Shown piece by piece: positions 46,333 through 58,092 of a stretch of DNA of 64,000 nucleotides. The DNA lies in assembly GCF_036365525.1 (NCBI RefSeq), contig NC_090376.1:59050559-59114558 (forward strand). The letters are read 5' to 3'. Each line of letters starts with the position of its first letter. Positions within the stretch are counted from its first letter, which is position 1. The notes beneath the pieces were generated by a model. The model had not been told where the DNA came from. It ran no database searches and saw nothing but the letters and a program-made list of their open reading frames with translations. The stretch comes from Heterodontus francisci (taxonomy: Eukaryota). The position numbers and the translations under genes were made by a program.

Positions 46333-47457
46333 CTGTTTCTCTCTCCACGGACGCTGCCAGACCTGCTGTTTATTTCCAGCACTTTCTATTTTTATTTCAG
46401 ATATAAAGAGAGCCCGCTGGGACACGGGGGTGGGGGGGGAGGGGTGGTGGTTGAGAAGCAGCAGGCAGAAATATGTAACGCTGCATTCTGTGAATAAACC
46501 GACTATCACGAGAAAGGTCTGTGTTACGCTTCAGTCTTCACTGTTTGGCTTGGATCAATATAATACCTGGTGTTCTGTGCTCTCTTTTCCTGCAAGAAGG
46601 GAAAGGAAAGACCTATGAGTGTGAGAAGTAGAATGTTTGAAGAGGATGGAAGGACAGCATTTGTAGAGGGTGACTGTGAGGGATGGATGTGACATTGCAA
46701 TAAGATGAGGGTGAGTCAGTAGTAGCTGGTCAGATGCTGACGTGAGGAGGTGTCTTGATACAAAAGGATGGATGCAGCTTCAAGGTGTGCTGATCTGAGA
46801 GGTGATATGCAGGAGAAGGCTGGAAAGGTAGGTTGAAGGGGTTTGTACTTGAATATGGCATGTCACTCACCATTCCTGTCTTGATCAGGTTAATGAACCA
46901 CTAGCAACACCATATCCAGGAGCGAGGCATTACACTCCTGCTGATCTCCTCTGCCAGTTCCAGTCATGTCTGCTTGTTTTCTGAGGCTGCCATCTTCCTC
47001 CTGTCTGTGGGGAACAGACTCTCCCTATATGGCCTTACGGCCCACAGCGTGATATCCAGGGATGCATCTGTGAAGTGTCGTCCTGCCTTTCCAAGTTGAA
47101 ACTTAATTTGTGATATTCTTGTCTCTGTTATGACACTTTGACAATCCTTCAATTCTGACCTTCACAGGGTTCCTTTAGATAGACGAGCTGAGACACAATG
47201 ACACGAGCCATCATCACACCCGCAAACCCGGAAGTCAGCTGTAAATGCCATGGCTGAGTTAAAAAAAACACTGACAAATGTGTTACTGAAACTTCTGGGT
47301 TCCTGATGCACTGCTGACCTTCATTGCTGAAAGCTTGCTGCTGTAAGTTAAAATTCAGCCCGTTAACTCTATTTCTCTCTCCACAGATGCTGCTTGACCT
47401 GCTGAGTATCCCCAGCAGTGTCTGTTTATATTTCTGATTTCTGGCATCATTTTTTTT

Positions 47458-48365
47458 ATTTGTTTCATGGGATGTGGACATCGCTGGCAAGGCCAGCATT
47501 TGTTGCCCATTCTTAATTGCCCTTGAGAAGATGACAGTGAGCTGCCTTCTTGAACAGCTGCTGTCCATCTGGTGTAGGTACATCCACAGTGCTGTTAGGA
47601 AGGGAGTTCCAAGATTTCAATCCAGCGACAGTGCAAGAACGGTGATATATTTCCAAGTCAGGATGATGTGTGACTAGAAGGAGAACTTGCAGATGGTGCT
47701 GTTCCCATGCGTCCGCTGCCCTTGTCCTTCTAGGTGGAAAAGGTTGCGGGTTTGGAAGGTGCTGTCGAAGGAAGCATGGTGAGTTGCTGCAGTGCATCTT
47801 GTATATAGTATACACTGCTGCCACTGTGCATGGGTGGTGGAGCAAATGAATGTTTAAGGTGCCAATCAAGGGGGCTGCTTTGTCCTGGATGGTGTTGAGC
47901 TTCTTAAGTGTTGTTGGAGCTGCACTCATCCAGGCAAATAGAGAGTATTTCATCACACTCCTGACTTGTGCCTTGTCAATGGTGGACAGGCACTGGGGAG
48001 ACAGGAGGTGAGTTACTTATCACAGAATTCCCAGCCTCTGACCTGCTCTTATAGCCAAGTATTTATGGGACGCCTCCAGTTCAGTTTCTGGTCAATGGTA
48101 ACCCCTAGGATTTGGATAGTGGGGAATTCAGCGCTGGCAATGCCATTGAATCTCAAGGGGAGATGGTTAGATTCTTTCTTGTTGGAGATTGTCTGGCACT
48201 TGTGTAGTGCAAATATTACTTGCCACTTATCAGCCCAAGCCTGACTATTGCCCAGGTTTTGCTGCATATGTACACGGACTGCTTCAGTATCTGAGGAGTT
48301 GCGAATGGTACTGAACATCATACAATCATCAGCAAACATCCCCACTTCTGTCCTTATGATGGAGG
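47458..48365 (-). mobile_element. CR1/L2-group LINE 3' fragment
   Basis: VGMFADDC, QAWADKWQV.F..KCQ and AWMSAAPTTLKKLNTIQDKAA motifs. Confidence 0.88.
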
Positions 48366-48614
48366 AAAATATTTTGCCTTTAATATAATTAAGCATTCTA
48401 TTTGTTTTGCTTGTTACTGTTCCACAGTGATTTGATCAGTTAAATGCCCACCCAACGATCACCGCCAAAACCTTTGTTCACAGCCAATGCTAGTATTGTG
48501 CAAGAATCTAAACTGAATTTTAACTTCTAATGACTTATCCAATTGTAGATTTTATCCAGCTGTAACAGGGGAACCAATCCAATTAAAATCACTCTTTGGA
48601 TGAAGAAGTTCTTA

Positions 48615-49160
48615 CAAAAGCAACACAATGATGGTAAACCTTTATAAATCACTAGTTCGACCTTTACTGGTGTATTTTGTCCAGTTCTGGACACCACACT
48701 TTAGAAAGGATGTGAAGGGAGATTGACTAGAATAGTACACGTGATAAGGAACTTCAGTTATGTGGAGAGACTAGAGAAGTTTGGTTTGTTCTGCACAGAG
48801 CAGAGAAGATTATAGGGAGATTTAATAGTCATCAAAATTGTGAGGGGGTTTGATAGAGTGGATAGGACAAAACTATTTTCACTGGCAGGAGGATTGATAT
48901 CCAGAGGACACAGTTTTAAGATAATTGGCAAAAGAACCAGGGGGAGATGAAGAGAATATTTTCTATGCAGCGAGTTCTGATCTGGAATGCACTTTCTGAA
49001 AGGATGGTGGAAGCAGATTTAATTGTAACTTTTGAAAAGGAATTGGATATATACTTGTAAAGAAAAAAAATGCAGGGCTATGGGGAAAGAGCAGGGGAGT
49101 AACTGAATAGCTCTTTCAATGAACCAGCACAGGCCTCCTTCTGTGCTGTATGATTCTATG
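48615..49160 (+). mobile_element. CR1 LINE 3' fragment (decayed)
   Basis: LYKSLVRP.L.Y.VQFWTPH.RKD and GFDRVDR motifs, plus a 3' tail. Confidence 0.8.
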
Positions 49161-50439
49161 AACTTCTTTTGTAGATCCCTGGCTGATTGTGTGCAAAGTG
49201 GATTAGTACATTGACCTATCACCTCTGGTACCTATGCTCAAATCTAAATAGAATGCACATATCCTTCTTCTTGCTCTAAGTGTCCTATATGATTTTAATG
49301 TGGTTAGTAACAACTCAATAGCTAGTGAGGGATTCTGCACTTGATCTCAGCATCCTTGGCTACTGAAGGAAAAAACGCCAGTCATAAGGGCTAAATCAGA
49401 AATCTTGGATTTGGGAAGGCACACTTGCAGAAAACATGAGTTGGAGAATGCAGACTATAATGCATGTGTGAATTTGAGGAAACAACAAGAATGGGGTCAG
49501 CTCTGATGCCCCCACTGGCTGTCTAGGCTCACAAAAAATGAGCAGCCATTTAGGTAAGGTACTGACATGTACCTTAGTCTAAATCAGCTCCTTCAGAGAG
49601 AGCAAAGCAAGAAAGAAAATTAGAAAACAATATCTCCTATTACTGATAGAAATGTTTGCATCTTTATAGAACAATGGAAAGTGCTAAATAGGTTAACATT
49701 TTGGTCTTTTGAGACAAAATATTCACCATCAGAAATATTGTTGACTCTCGGTGAATCACAGGGGAATTTGTTGCTTCGGTTTTTCTGGAAAGTTAATTTG
49801 TATCATGAAAGAAAGGTTATTGGGCACAGTTTGTCAGTTCAGAAGAACACATAGTTAGAGGAAAAAATGGTTTCTGATTAGTTCCTTTGTTGAAATTTCT
49901 CCTGCCCTTGTGTTTCTGAATTGGCAATAATGTCTCATAGGGTTTTCATTTCTAAAAGGAGCCTATGCATCAGTTAGATATTTACTAAACTCAGCTTGTG
50001 TGCACAGAAATGAAAAGATTTTGTTTTTGAAAGAATAAAAGCAAAAAGCCCAACAGATAATGAAATTTACCTCATGATGCAACTTGTAACTTGAATATTA
50101 ATATTAATGCAGCAACATTAAATAAACTGTTAATGACATATCATGATGAGGTGGAGCTTTGAAAATGTCTCCACTATGAAATATGCATCAGCACTTATTT
50201 GTTGAAGTCAGGCATTCAGTATAATTAGAATTATTTTATATGCAGAAATGCTTATGTGCTTAATTTATAGTGACATCTGTAAGGAACATGGAGCTAATGG
50301 ATAATCCATAAGGACAAAGATCTATAACAGTGTCTAAAAATTGATTATTGGATACCTTCAAGAGCATCATTAATTTATTCGAAATTTTTCCCATTTGTAT
50401 TTTTAAATCCTCGTGATACCTGGCTTTAAGTTTTTTCCT

Positions 50440-52900
50440 CATGTCTGTCCTGGTTCATTTACCACTCACCTGAAAACGGGACCCACTGGTTCTCGATCCT
50501 ACTGCTAAAGGGAACAGTTTCTCCTGATCGACTCTGTCTAGACCCCTCATGATTTTGAACACCTCGATCAAATCTCATCTCAACGTTCTCTTCTCTAAGG
50601 AGAACAGACTCAAATTAGCCAATCTAGCCATGTAGCTGAAGTCTTTCATTTCCAGAATGATTCTCGTAAAACTTTTCTGCACCTTCTCCAGTAGCTTCAC
50701 ATCCTTCCTAAGGTGCAGTGCCCAGAATTGGACACAGTGTTTTATAAAGGTTCACATAACTTCCTTGCTTTTGTACTCTATGCCTCTATTTATAAAACCC
50801 AAGATCCCGTTTGCCTTATTAACTGCTTTCTCAGCCTGCCCAGCCACTTTCAACAATTTGTGCACATATACCCCCAGGTTCCTCTGCACCTGCACCCCTT
50901 TTAGAATTCTGTCCCTTATTTTATATCGCCTTTCCTCATTCTTCCTACCAAAATGTATCATTTCACACCTCTATGCATTAAATTTCCTCTGCCATGTGTC
51001 AGCTCATTCCATCAGCTGTTTATGTCCTCTTGAAGTCTATCATTATCCTCCTCACAGTTCACAATACTTCCAAGTTGTGTATCATTTGCAAATTTTGTAA
51101 TTTTGCCCTGCACATCCAAGTCTAGGTCATTAATATAGTTCAAGAACAGCAATGGTCCTAATACTTTCCCCTGGGAAGCTCCACTATGTACCTTCCTCCA
51201 GTCTGAAAAATAACCATTCACCACTACTCCCTGGCTGCAATTTTATCTGGGCGACAGCTGTCTTGACGTCTGAAAAAGTGACGCCGAGAACCCTAGGGTG
51301 CCTCTTCTGTGGGAGGCCTGCTGAATCAAGTGCCAATTAGGCAGCTAACAGGACAGCAACGGGCCTTCTGTGGGATCGAGGACCCCCACGACAGAAGTCC
51401 CGCCCTCTGATAGCACTAGAGTAAGACATCCTTTCTACATCCATCCTGTCAAGACCCCTCAGAGTCTTATATGTTTCAATGAAGTTGCCTCTTACTCTTC
51501 TAAACTCCAGCGCATGCAAGTCCAGCCTGTCCAACCATTCCTCATAAGACAACTTGCCCATTCCAGGTATTAGTCTAGTAAACCTTCTCTGAACTGCTAC
51601 CATCCTTTTACATCCTTCCTTAAATAAGGAGACCAATACTGCACACTGACTCCAGATGTGGTCTCACCAGTGCTCGGCATAACTGAAGCATAACCTCCTT
51701 ACTTTTGTATTCAATTCCCCTCGCAATTAACAATATCATTCTATTCGCTTTCGTAATTATTTGCTGTACCTGCATACTAAACTTTTGCAGTTCATGCAAT
51801 ATGACACCCAGATCTCTATGCATCTCAGAGCTCTGCAATCTCTCACCACTTAGATAATATGCTTCTTTTTTGTTCTTCCTGCCAAAATGGACAATTTAAT
51901 ATTTTCCCGCATTATACACCATTTGCCATATCTGTATCCCTTTGTAGCCTCCTTATGTCCTCTTCATAAATTACCTTCCGACCTATCTTTGTATCATCAG
52001 CAAATTTAGCAACCAGACCTTCTGTCCCGTCATCCAAGTAATTTGTATAAATTGTAAAACGTTGAGGCCCCAGCACTGATTCCTGTGGCACACCACTCGA
52101 TACATCTTGCCAACCAGAAAATGACCCATTTATGCCTACTCTCTGTTTCCAGTTAGCTAGCCAATCTTCTATCCATGCCAAAATGTTACCCACTACACCA
52201 TGAACTTTTATTTTCCGCAATAACCTTTGATGTGGCACTTTATCAAATGCCTTCTGGAAATCCTGCTCCGGTTTCCTCCCACAGCCAAAGACTTGCAGGT
52301 TGATAGGTAAATTGGCCATTATAAATTGCCCCTAGTATACCTTGTATAGTTAGGTGGTAGGAGAATTGAGGGAAGGTGGGGATGTGAGAGGGTAATAGGA
52401 TTAATGTAGGGTTAGTATAAATGGGTGGTTGATGGTCAGCACAGACTCGGTGGGCCGAAGGGCCTGTTTCAGTGCTGTATCTCTAAATAAATAAAGTAAG
52501 TACATCCACTGGCTCACCTTTATTCACAGTACTTGTTACTTCTTCAAAGAACTCCAATAAATTGGTTCAACGTGATTTCTCTTTCACAAGATCATGTTGT
52601 CTCTGCCTGATTACCTTGAATTTTTCTAAATGCTCTGCTATAACATCTTTAATGATAGCTTGTAACATTTTCCCTGAGACAGATGTTAAGCTAACTGGTT
52701 TGTACTTCCTTCTTTCTGTCTCCATCCCTTTTTGAACAAATGAGTTACATTGGCTATTTTCCAATCGAATGGAACCTTCCCTGAATCAAGGGAATTTTGG
52801 AAAATTAAAACTAGTGCATCAACTATCTCACTAGCCACTTCTTTTAACATCCTAGGATGAAGTTCATTAGGACCCGGGGACTTGTCAGCCCGCAGCTCCA
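50440..52900 (-). mobile_element. Adjacent CR1 fragments (50440-51230 and 51420-52900) separated by a short GC-rich MITE-like scrap
   Basis: KSPGP.ELHPR.LKE, DWKIANVT.LFKKG, DFQKAFDKVPH, KFADDTK and KKANGILGFINRGIEYKSKEVM motifs. Confidence 0.9.
52264..52495 (+). mobile_element. 5'-truncated HE1-type SINE inserted in a CR1
   Basis: Starts within the V-domain and ends in a (TAAA)n tail. Confidence 0.88.
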
Positions 52901-53848
52901 AACATTTTGCTCATATTAGTTAGTCAGTAAAGCTGTCTGGACTTTCCATCTGTTGTATTAAATAATGTCAGAACTCTGAACCCCATTACCTAGGCATTAG
53001 CTGTTTACTCTTTTCCATCTGTGTCGTCATGAATGATTGTAACTGCACTTTGTTATGGAGCATGTGTCAACTCCATAGGTATATTCAGCAGAGTTCCTCG
53101 TGGCAGCTGTCTGAAATCAAGTGGTGATAGCCTTCATAAATGCTTAGACTGCTGCGATAGAGACAGTGCCAAATTAAGGATTCCTGGGACTTAGGCACCA
53201 AGAACATTTGTGGCCTCTCCGTACCCTGCGCACAAACTGCCCTTCCACCATTTATTAAAATGCACCCAAATGGAGAAGGTTGGGCTGTTGTTGGGCTGTG
53301 GGGGGCTCACAGCCTCTTATTCCAATGGGATCAGGGCAAGGAGGTTAAGTTCCTAGAACTGCCCATGGTTTGTCACCCCTGGTGGGGATCCTGGGTACAG
53401 GTCAGCAGGCCTATGCATTAATGCATCCTTACCCAGAAATTTATTTTATTCCAGCTTAATCACCCTGAGGGATCAGATTGAGATAACCTTGAGGCCAAGA
53501 TTACTGATTTTATTTCTGCTCACAGGTCTGCTCCCACGGAGTGGTTGTTGAGAACATGGCGAATGTCCAACAGCATGGACATACCTGGAATAGGCATAAA
53601 TGATCTGCTCTTTCTCAGGCCAATGCCACATATGGTTCTGCCAGTTATCCTTGTTAGAACTCAGGTAGCCAAGCAAAGATAGAACATGAGAACCTAGTCT
53701 TTATACCCTGACAAACTTTTATCGACAGAGACACACATTGCATATCATATACCTCCAAACAACATCCCCTCTGCAAGCCTGCTGCGATGTATATGAGCAC
53801 AAGTGAGTCCCCAATTAAAACCCATCACCTGAACACAAATACCCAATT

Positions 53849-54198
53849 GCGGCACAGTGGCGCAGTGGTTAGCACCGCAGCCTCACAGCTCCAGCGACCC
53901 GGGTTCAATTCTGGGTACTGGCTGTGTGGAGTTTGCAAGTTCTCCCTGTGTCTGCGAGGGTTTTCTCCGGGTGCTCCAGTTTCCTCCCACAAAGACTTGC
54001 AGGTTGGTAGGTAAATTGGCCATTATAAATTGCCCCTAGTATAGGTAGGTGGTAGGGGAATATAGGGACAGGTGGGGATGTGGTAGGAATATGGGATTAG
54101 TGTAGGATTAGTATAAATGGGTGGTTGATGGTCAGCACAGACTCGGTGGGCCGAAGGGCCTGTTTCAGTGCTGTATCTCTAAACTAAACTAAACTAAA
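53849..54198 (+). mobile_element. HE1-type V-SINE
   Basis: Near-identical to 15021-15373, with a (TAAAC)n tail. Confidence 0.92.
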
Positions 54199-54744
54199 AA
54201 ATCCTGCTCAACTAATAGAGACATACCAGAAAATGAGCAGGAGCAGGCAACCTAACACAGGAATGGACATCCTGTGACACAATATAAAGAGGAAGGGAAC
54301 CATCTAAATTGCAAGAGGCATGCACTGAATCTCAGCAACCAGCCACCAGAGGGAGCACCAAGAAGGAGCATTAGGTTAGATTCTGAGGCATACAAAACAT
54401 ATACTGTCAGAAAGAAGGTGCAGTGGGTTAGAAAACATGATCCACGTCCAATAACTACTTCCAGTTGTACTTTATTGTGTTAAGAAAGTTTCCTGGGATG
54501 GCAGATGAAAGGACACAGTGCATTCCTGGTAGGAATAATGGGAAATTCCACGGGCTGAATTATATTAGCGTGCCGCACTTCACGGAAACTCATTAGCATC
54601 GCTGCGACAAGCCTCACCCCCCCCAATATTACATGGGGAGAGGCAGGACATCCGGTGCAGTGAGAAACCTGTTGGCAGCTGTGCAGCAGGTGCTGGGGCG
54701 ATATATAAGAGTGTTGAAGAGTGGGGCTGCTGTCAATCTGTCAG

Positions 54745-54908
54745 CAAAGCAGAAAGTGCTGCAGAAATCCAGCAGGTCAGGCAGCATCTGTGGAGAGGGA
54801 AGCAGAGTTAACTTGTCCAAGTTCACAGACCTGAAAGTTAACTCTGCTTCTCTCTCCACAAATGCTGCCTGACCTGCTGAGCAATCCCAGCACTTTCTGC
54901 TTTGCTTC
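54745..54908. repeat. Palindromic copy of the Penelope-associated repeat (hammerhead core deleted)
   Basis: Inverted arms aagcag.aagtgctg..cagcaggtcaggcagcat / atgctgcctgacctgctg..cagcactttctgctt. Confidence 0.7.
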
Positions 54909-55187
54909 TACATGCTTACCCTGCTGTGTCCCAGTGTCCTGTGAAGTTGCGATCCTCTTTTTCCATTCAAGTGTAACATTCCTTCTTGTAGGCGTGCTAT
55001 ACCTGGGTGAATAATCTTAATTTCACACATTCCAGGGCATGAGACTTAAATGTACCATAAAAGGCAAATACACAACAGAAATAAAACTATAATTGAAGAA
55101 TATCTACATACTCTTGGCTTTTAATCATCTGACTGTGAAAAGCAGAGAAATATACATTTGGAATCTGTCATTTCTCTGTTTTTTGTT

Positions 55188-55958
55188 ATTCATTCATGGG
55201 ATGTGGGCGTCGCTGGCCAGGCCAGCATTTATTGCCCACCCTAATTGCCCTTGAGAAGGTGGTGGTGAGCTGCCTTCTTGAACTGCTGTAGTCCATGGGA
55301 GGTAGGTACACCCACAGTGCTGTTAGGTAGGGAGTTCCAGGATTTTGACCCAGCGACAGTGAAGGAACAGCAATATAGTTTCAAGTCAGGATGGTGTGTG
55401 ACTTGGAGGGGAACTTGCAGGTGGTGGTGTTCTCATGCATTTGCTATCCTTGTCCTTCTAGTTGGTAGAGGTCGCGGGTTTGGAAGGTGCTGTCGAAAGA
55501 TCCTTGGTGCGTTGCTGCAGTGGATCTTGTAGATGGTACACACTGCTGCCACACTGCGTCGGTGGTGGAAGGAGTGAATATTTGTAGATGGGGTGCCAAT
55601 CAAGTGGGCTGCTTTGTCCTGGATGGTGTCGAGCTTCTTGAGTGTTGTTGGAACTGCACCCATCCAGGCAAGAGGAAAGTATTCCATCACACTCCTGACT
55701 TGTGCCTTGCAGATGGTGGACAGGCTTTGGGAAGTCAGGAGGTGAGTTACTCACCACAGGATTCCTGGCCTCTGACCTGCTCTTGTAGCCACGGTATTAA
55801 TATGGCTACTCTAGTTCAGTTTCTGGTCGATGGTAGCCCCTAGGATTTTGATAGTGGGGGATTCAGCGATGGTAATGCAATTGAATGTCAAGGGGAGATG
55901 GTTAGATCCTCTCTTGTTGGAGATGGTCATTGTCTGGCACTTGTGTGGCGCGAATGTA
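55188..55958 (-). mobile_element. CR1/L2-group LINE 3' fragment
   Basis: MEYFPLAWMGAVPTTLKKLDTIQDKAAHLIG and FAPHKCQ motifs. Confidence 0.88.
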
Positions 55959-56247
55959 ACTGCAATTAAATGATCTTTGTAAGAAAACAGGAAAATATGT
56001 TCATATTCTAGCTGCATTGCCAACGAGAAATATTACATCAATAATTATGATCAGCTGCTGCAGAAGCAAAATGATCGTGAACATGTGTCGATGAGTAATA
56101 GATGAAAACCATGACAACAGCACAGATTTCCTCACTGGTCCTGCATTGGGTTTCAAATATGTGCAAGATAAACCTTGCAACCAGAAGTTAGAGCAGTTAC
56201 ACAGTGGAGTCACCTTTGCATTTAAAGGACCACACCAAGGACCGAGG

Positions 56248-56470
56248 ATGGCAGAGGGGTACTTTAGGGTGGCCCCACAGTTCAGCGAAGCCTCCCTGCT
56301 CACTCTCCTCCAGGCTATGCGGGCAAGGCAGATGGTCCTTTTCCCCCGTGATGGTAAGAAGAGGCCCTCCCACCTGAACTAGGCAGCCTAGCTGGAGATG
56401 GCAGAGGAAGTGAGTAGCTGTGGGACCATCCGGTGTCAAAGGACCCAATGCTGGAAGTGGACGAACGAGC
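56248..56470 (+). pseudogene. Harbinger Myb/SANT-like gene, exon 1 remnant
   Basis: MAEGYFRVAPQFSEASLLTLLQAMRARQMVLFPRDGKKRP..LEMAEEVSS...TQCWKW.N. Confidence 0.75.
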
Positions 56471-56989
56471 ACTCCCCAGCCATCCGAGGCCCTCTAGGCC
56501 TCGTGTGCACAGGGTACGAGTACCAAACCCATCCACAACCAAAAGGCAATCAGATCAGCAGCTTTCCTCCAGTCAGGCTGTTACGCAGAGGTTGCCCCGA
56601 GAAGGGGCAACCTCTCCATTTACAGAGAACACGCTGACACAAATGGGAATGCATGGGTGTCACAGCAATGTAAATACTTCTTTCACTAAATGGTCCTCAC
56701 AAACATGTGTGTCCTTTTCTCTGTGTGCACCATGTGCGCCAGCATGTAGTGCCAATGTTACATCCCTTTGCACCATTGGCCCTTCAGGAGAGCCATGTAT
56801 GCAATAACATCATGGCATTCCACCATTACTCATGAGTGTCTCCATGGATACAGTGACATGGACATTGGCTCCGTCAGCTGCTGCCTCTAATGGTTTACAC
56901 AGGGATGCTGCAGATGTGGACTGCTGCACAGCAGGTGAGCGAGGGTGATGTGTGGCTTGCAGAGCTCATGTCGGTTCCTATGTAGCAGA

Positions 56990-58092
56990 GAGCCTTTGTC
57001 TGATAAGCCACTGCTGTACATCCCTAGCTCACTGCTGGTGCTGCGTGCAGAGCCTGGGTGCCATCTGCCCTCCCATGCACCTTTCCTGTTGTAGGTCCTC
57101 AGCATCTTCATAGTTCGAGAAGGAATCCTGTTGACATCTCTCCTCATCATGCCAGGCCTGCCCCCTATTGGGTGTGTAGTTGTGCAGAACACAGTGAGCA
57201 GCAAAGAAAGGAGCTGGCCTTTTTGGCCCATAGTACAGGGCATCACCCTCTCTATCCAGGCATTAGAAGTGCTTTTTCAGCATGCTGATCGCCTGCTCAA
57301 TGGTGGCTATTGTAGCTCAGTGACTGCCGTTGTATCTCTCCTCTGCAGCAGTGGTAGAGTCTCTCACTGGTGTTGGGACCCTTGTCTGCAAGGAGCCACC
57401 CCTCCATCTGAGCCAGTTCAGTGAATAGCAGAGGCAACTGGGACTGGCACATGGCCCAGGTGTCATGGCAGCTGCCTAATAAGCGGGCACAGATTTGTGT
57501 GAAGTATCTCCGGTGATCACATACCAGCTGCACCTAGATTGAGAGGATTCCTTGAATGGTAACATCTGCAAGTGGTAGCCTGATGGGAGGTTGATGGCCA
57601 CATGGATGCAGTCTATGAACACTAAATGTGAGTCTGTGCTGAAGTGAACATACTCACTGGCCCTCTGGTGCAGGACATCGGTGACCTCCCTGATGCAGCG
57701 GTGCACTGCTGACTGTATGACTCCACAAAGGTCTCCGGTGGGCCCCCAAGATGCTGCGTAAGCGTCAAGCTTAAGAACCACTGCCACTATGAGGACCACA
57801 GGCATAGGATGTCCACCGAAGCCCATGGGCTACAGGTCATTGCTGAGCAGGGCACAGAGATGTGTCACCACCCTCTCTACATGTGCAATCGCCTCTGACA
57901 CTGGTACTCTGACATCCGATGGCATGTCATGTGGGGACTGTAGATACACGGCAACCGTAATGGCGGAGCTCCCCTTGGTGGCTGCTGCTCACGACCGGGG
58001 GCCTCTACGTTGATCACACCTGCCTGTTGATTTTGCCTCCGGTGCATACGGATCCTCAGGAAAAGCAGATCACTCAATGTAGGACGAGCCAT
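56990..58092 (-). pseudogene. HARBI1-like transposase pseudogene
   Basis: MSEYQCQRRL, GDLCGVIQSAVHRCIREVTD, IDCIHVAI, VCDH....ICAR..GSCHD and GWLLADKG motifs. Confidence 0.85.

Larger units (their letters stand above)
41333..47361. mobile_element. PIF/Harbinger transposon, decayed full length (HARBI1-like on + about 41900-44400; Myb/SANT on - about 44650-47110)
   Basis: Right TIR GTTAAAATTCAGCCC; left TIR degenerate (AGGGCAAATCTTAAC). Flanks GTC/GTT. Transposase motifs [36 protein letters not shown] and VCCALHNI. Myb/SANT motif HFTDASLD..LFPTDRRK. Confidence 0.82.
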
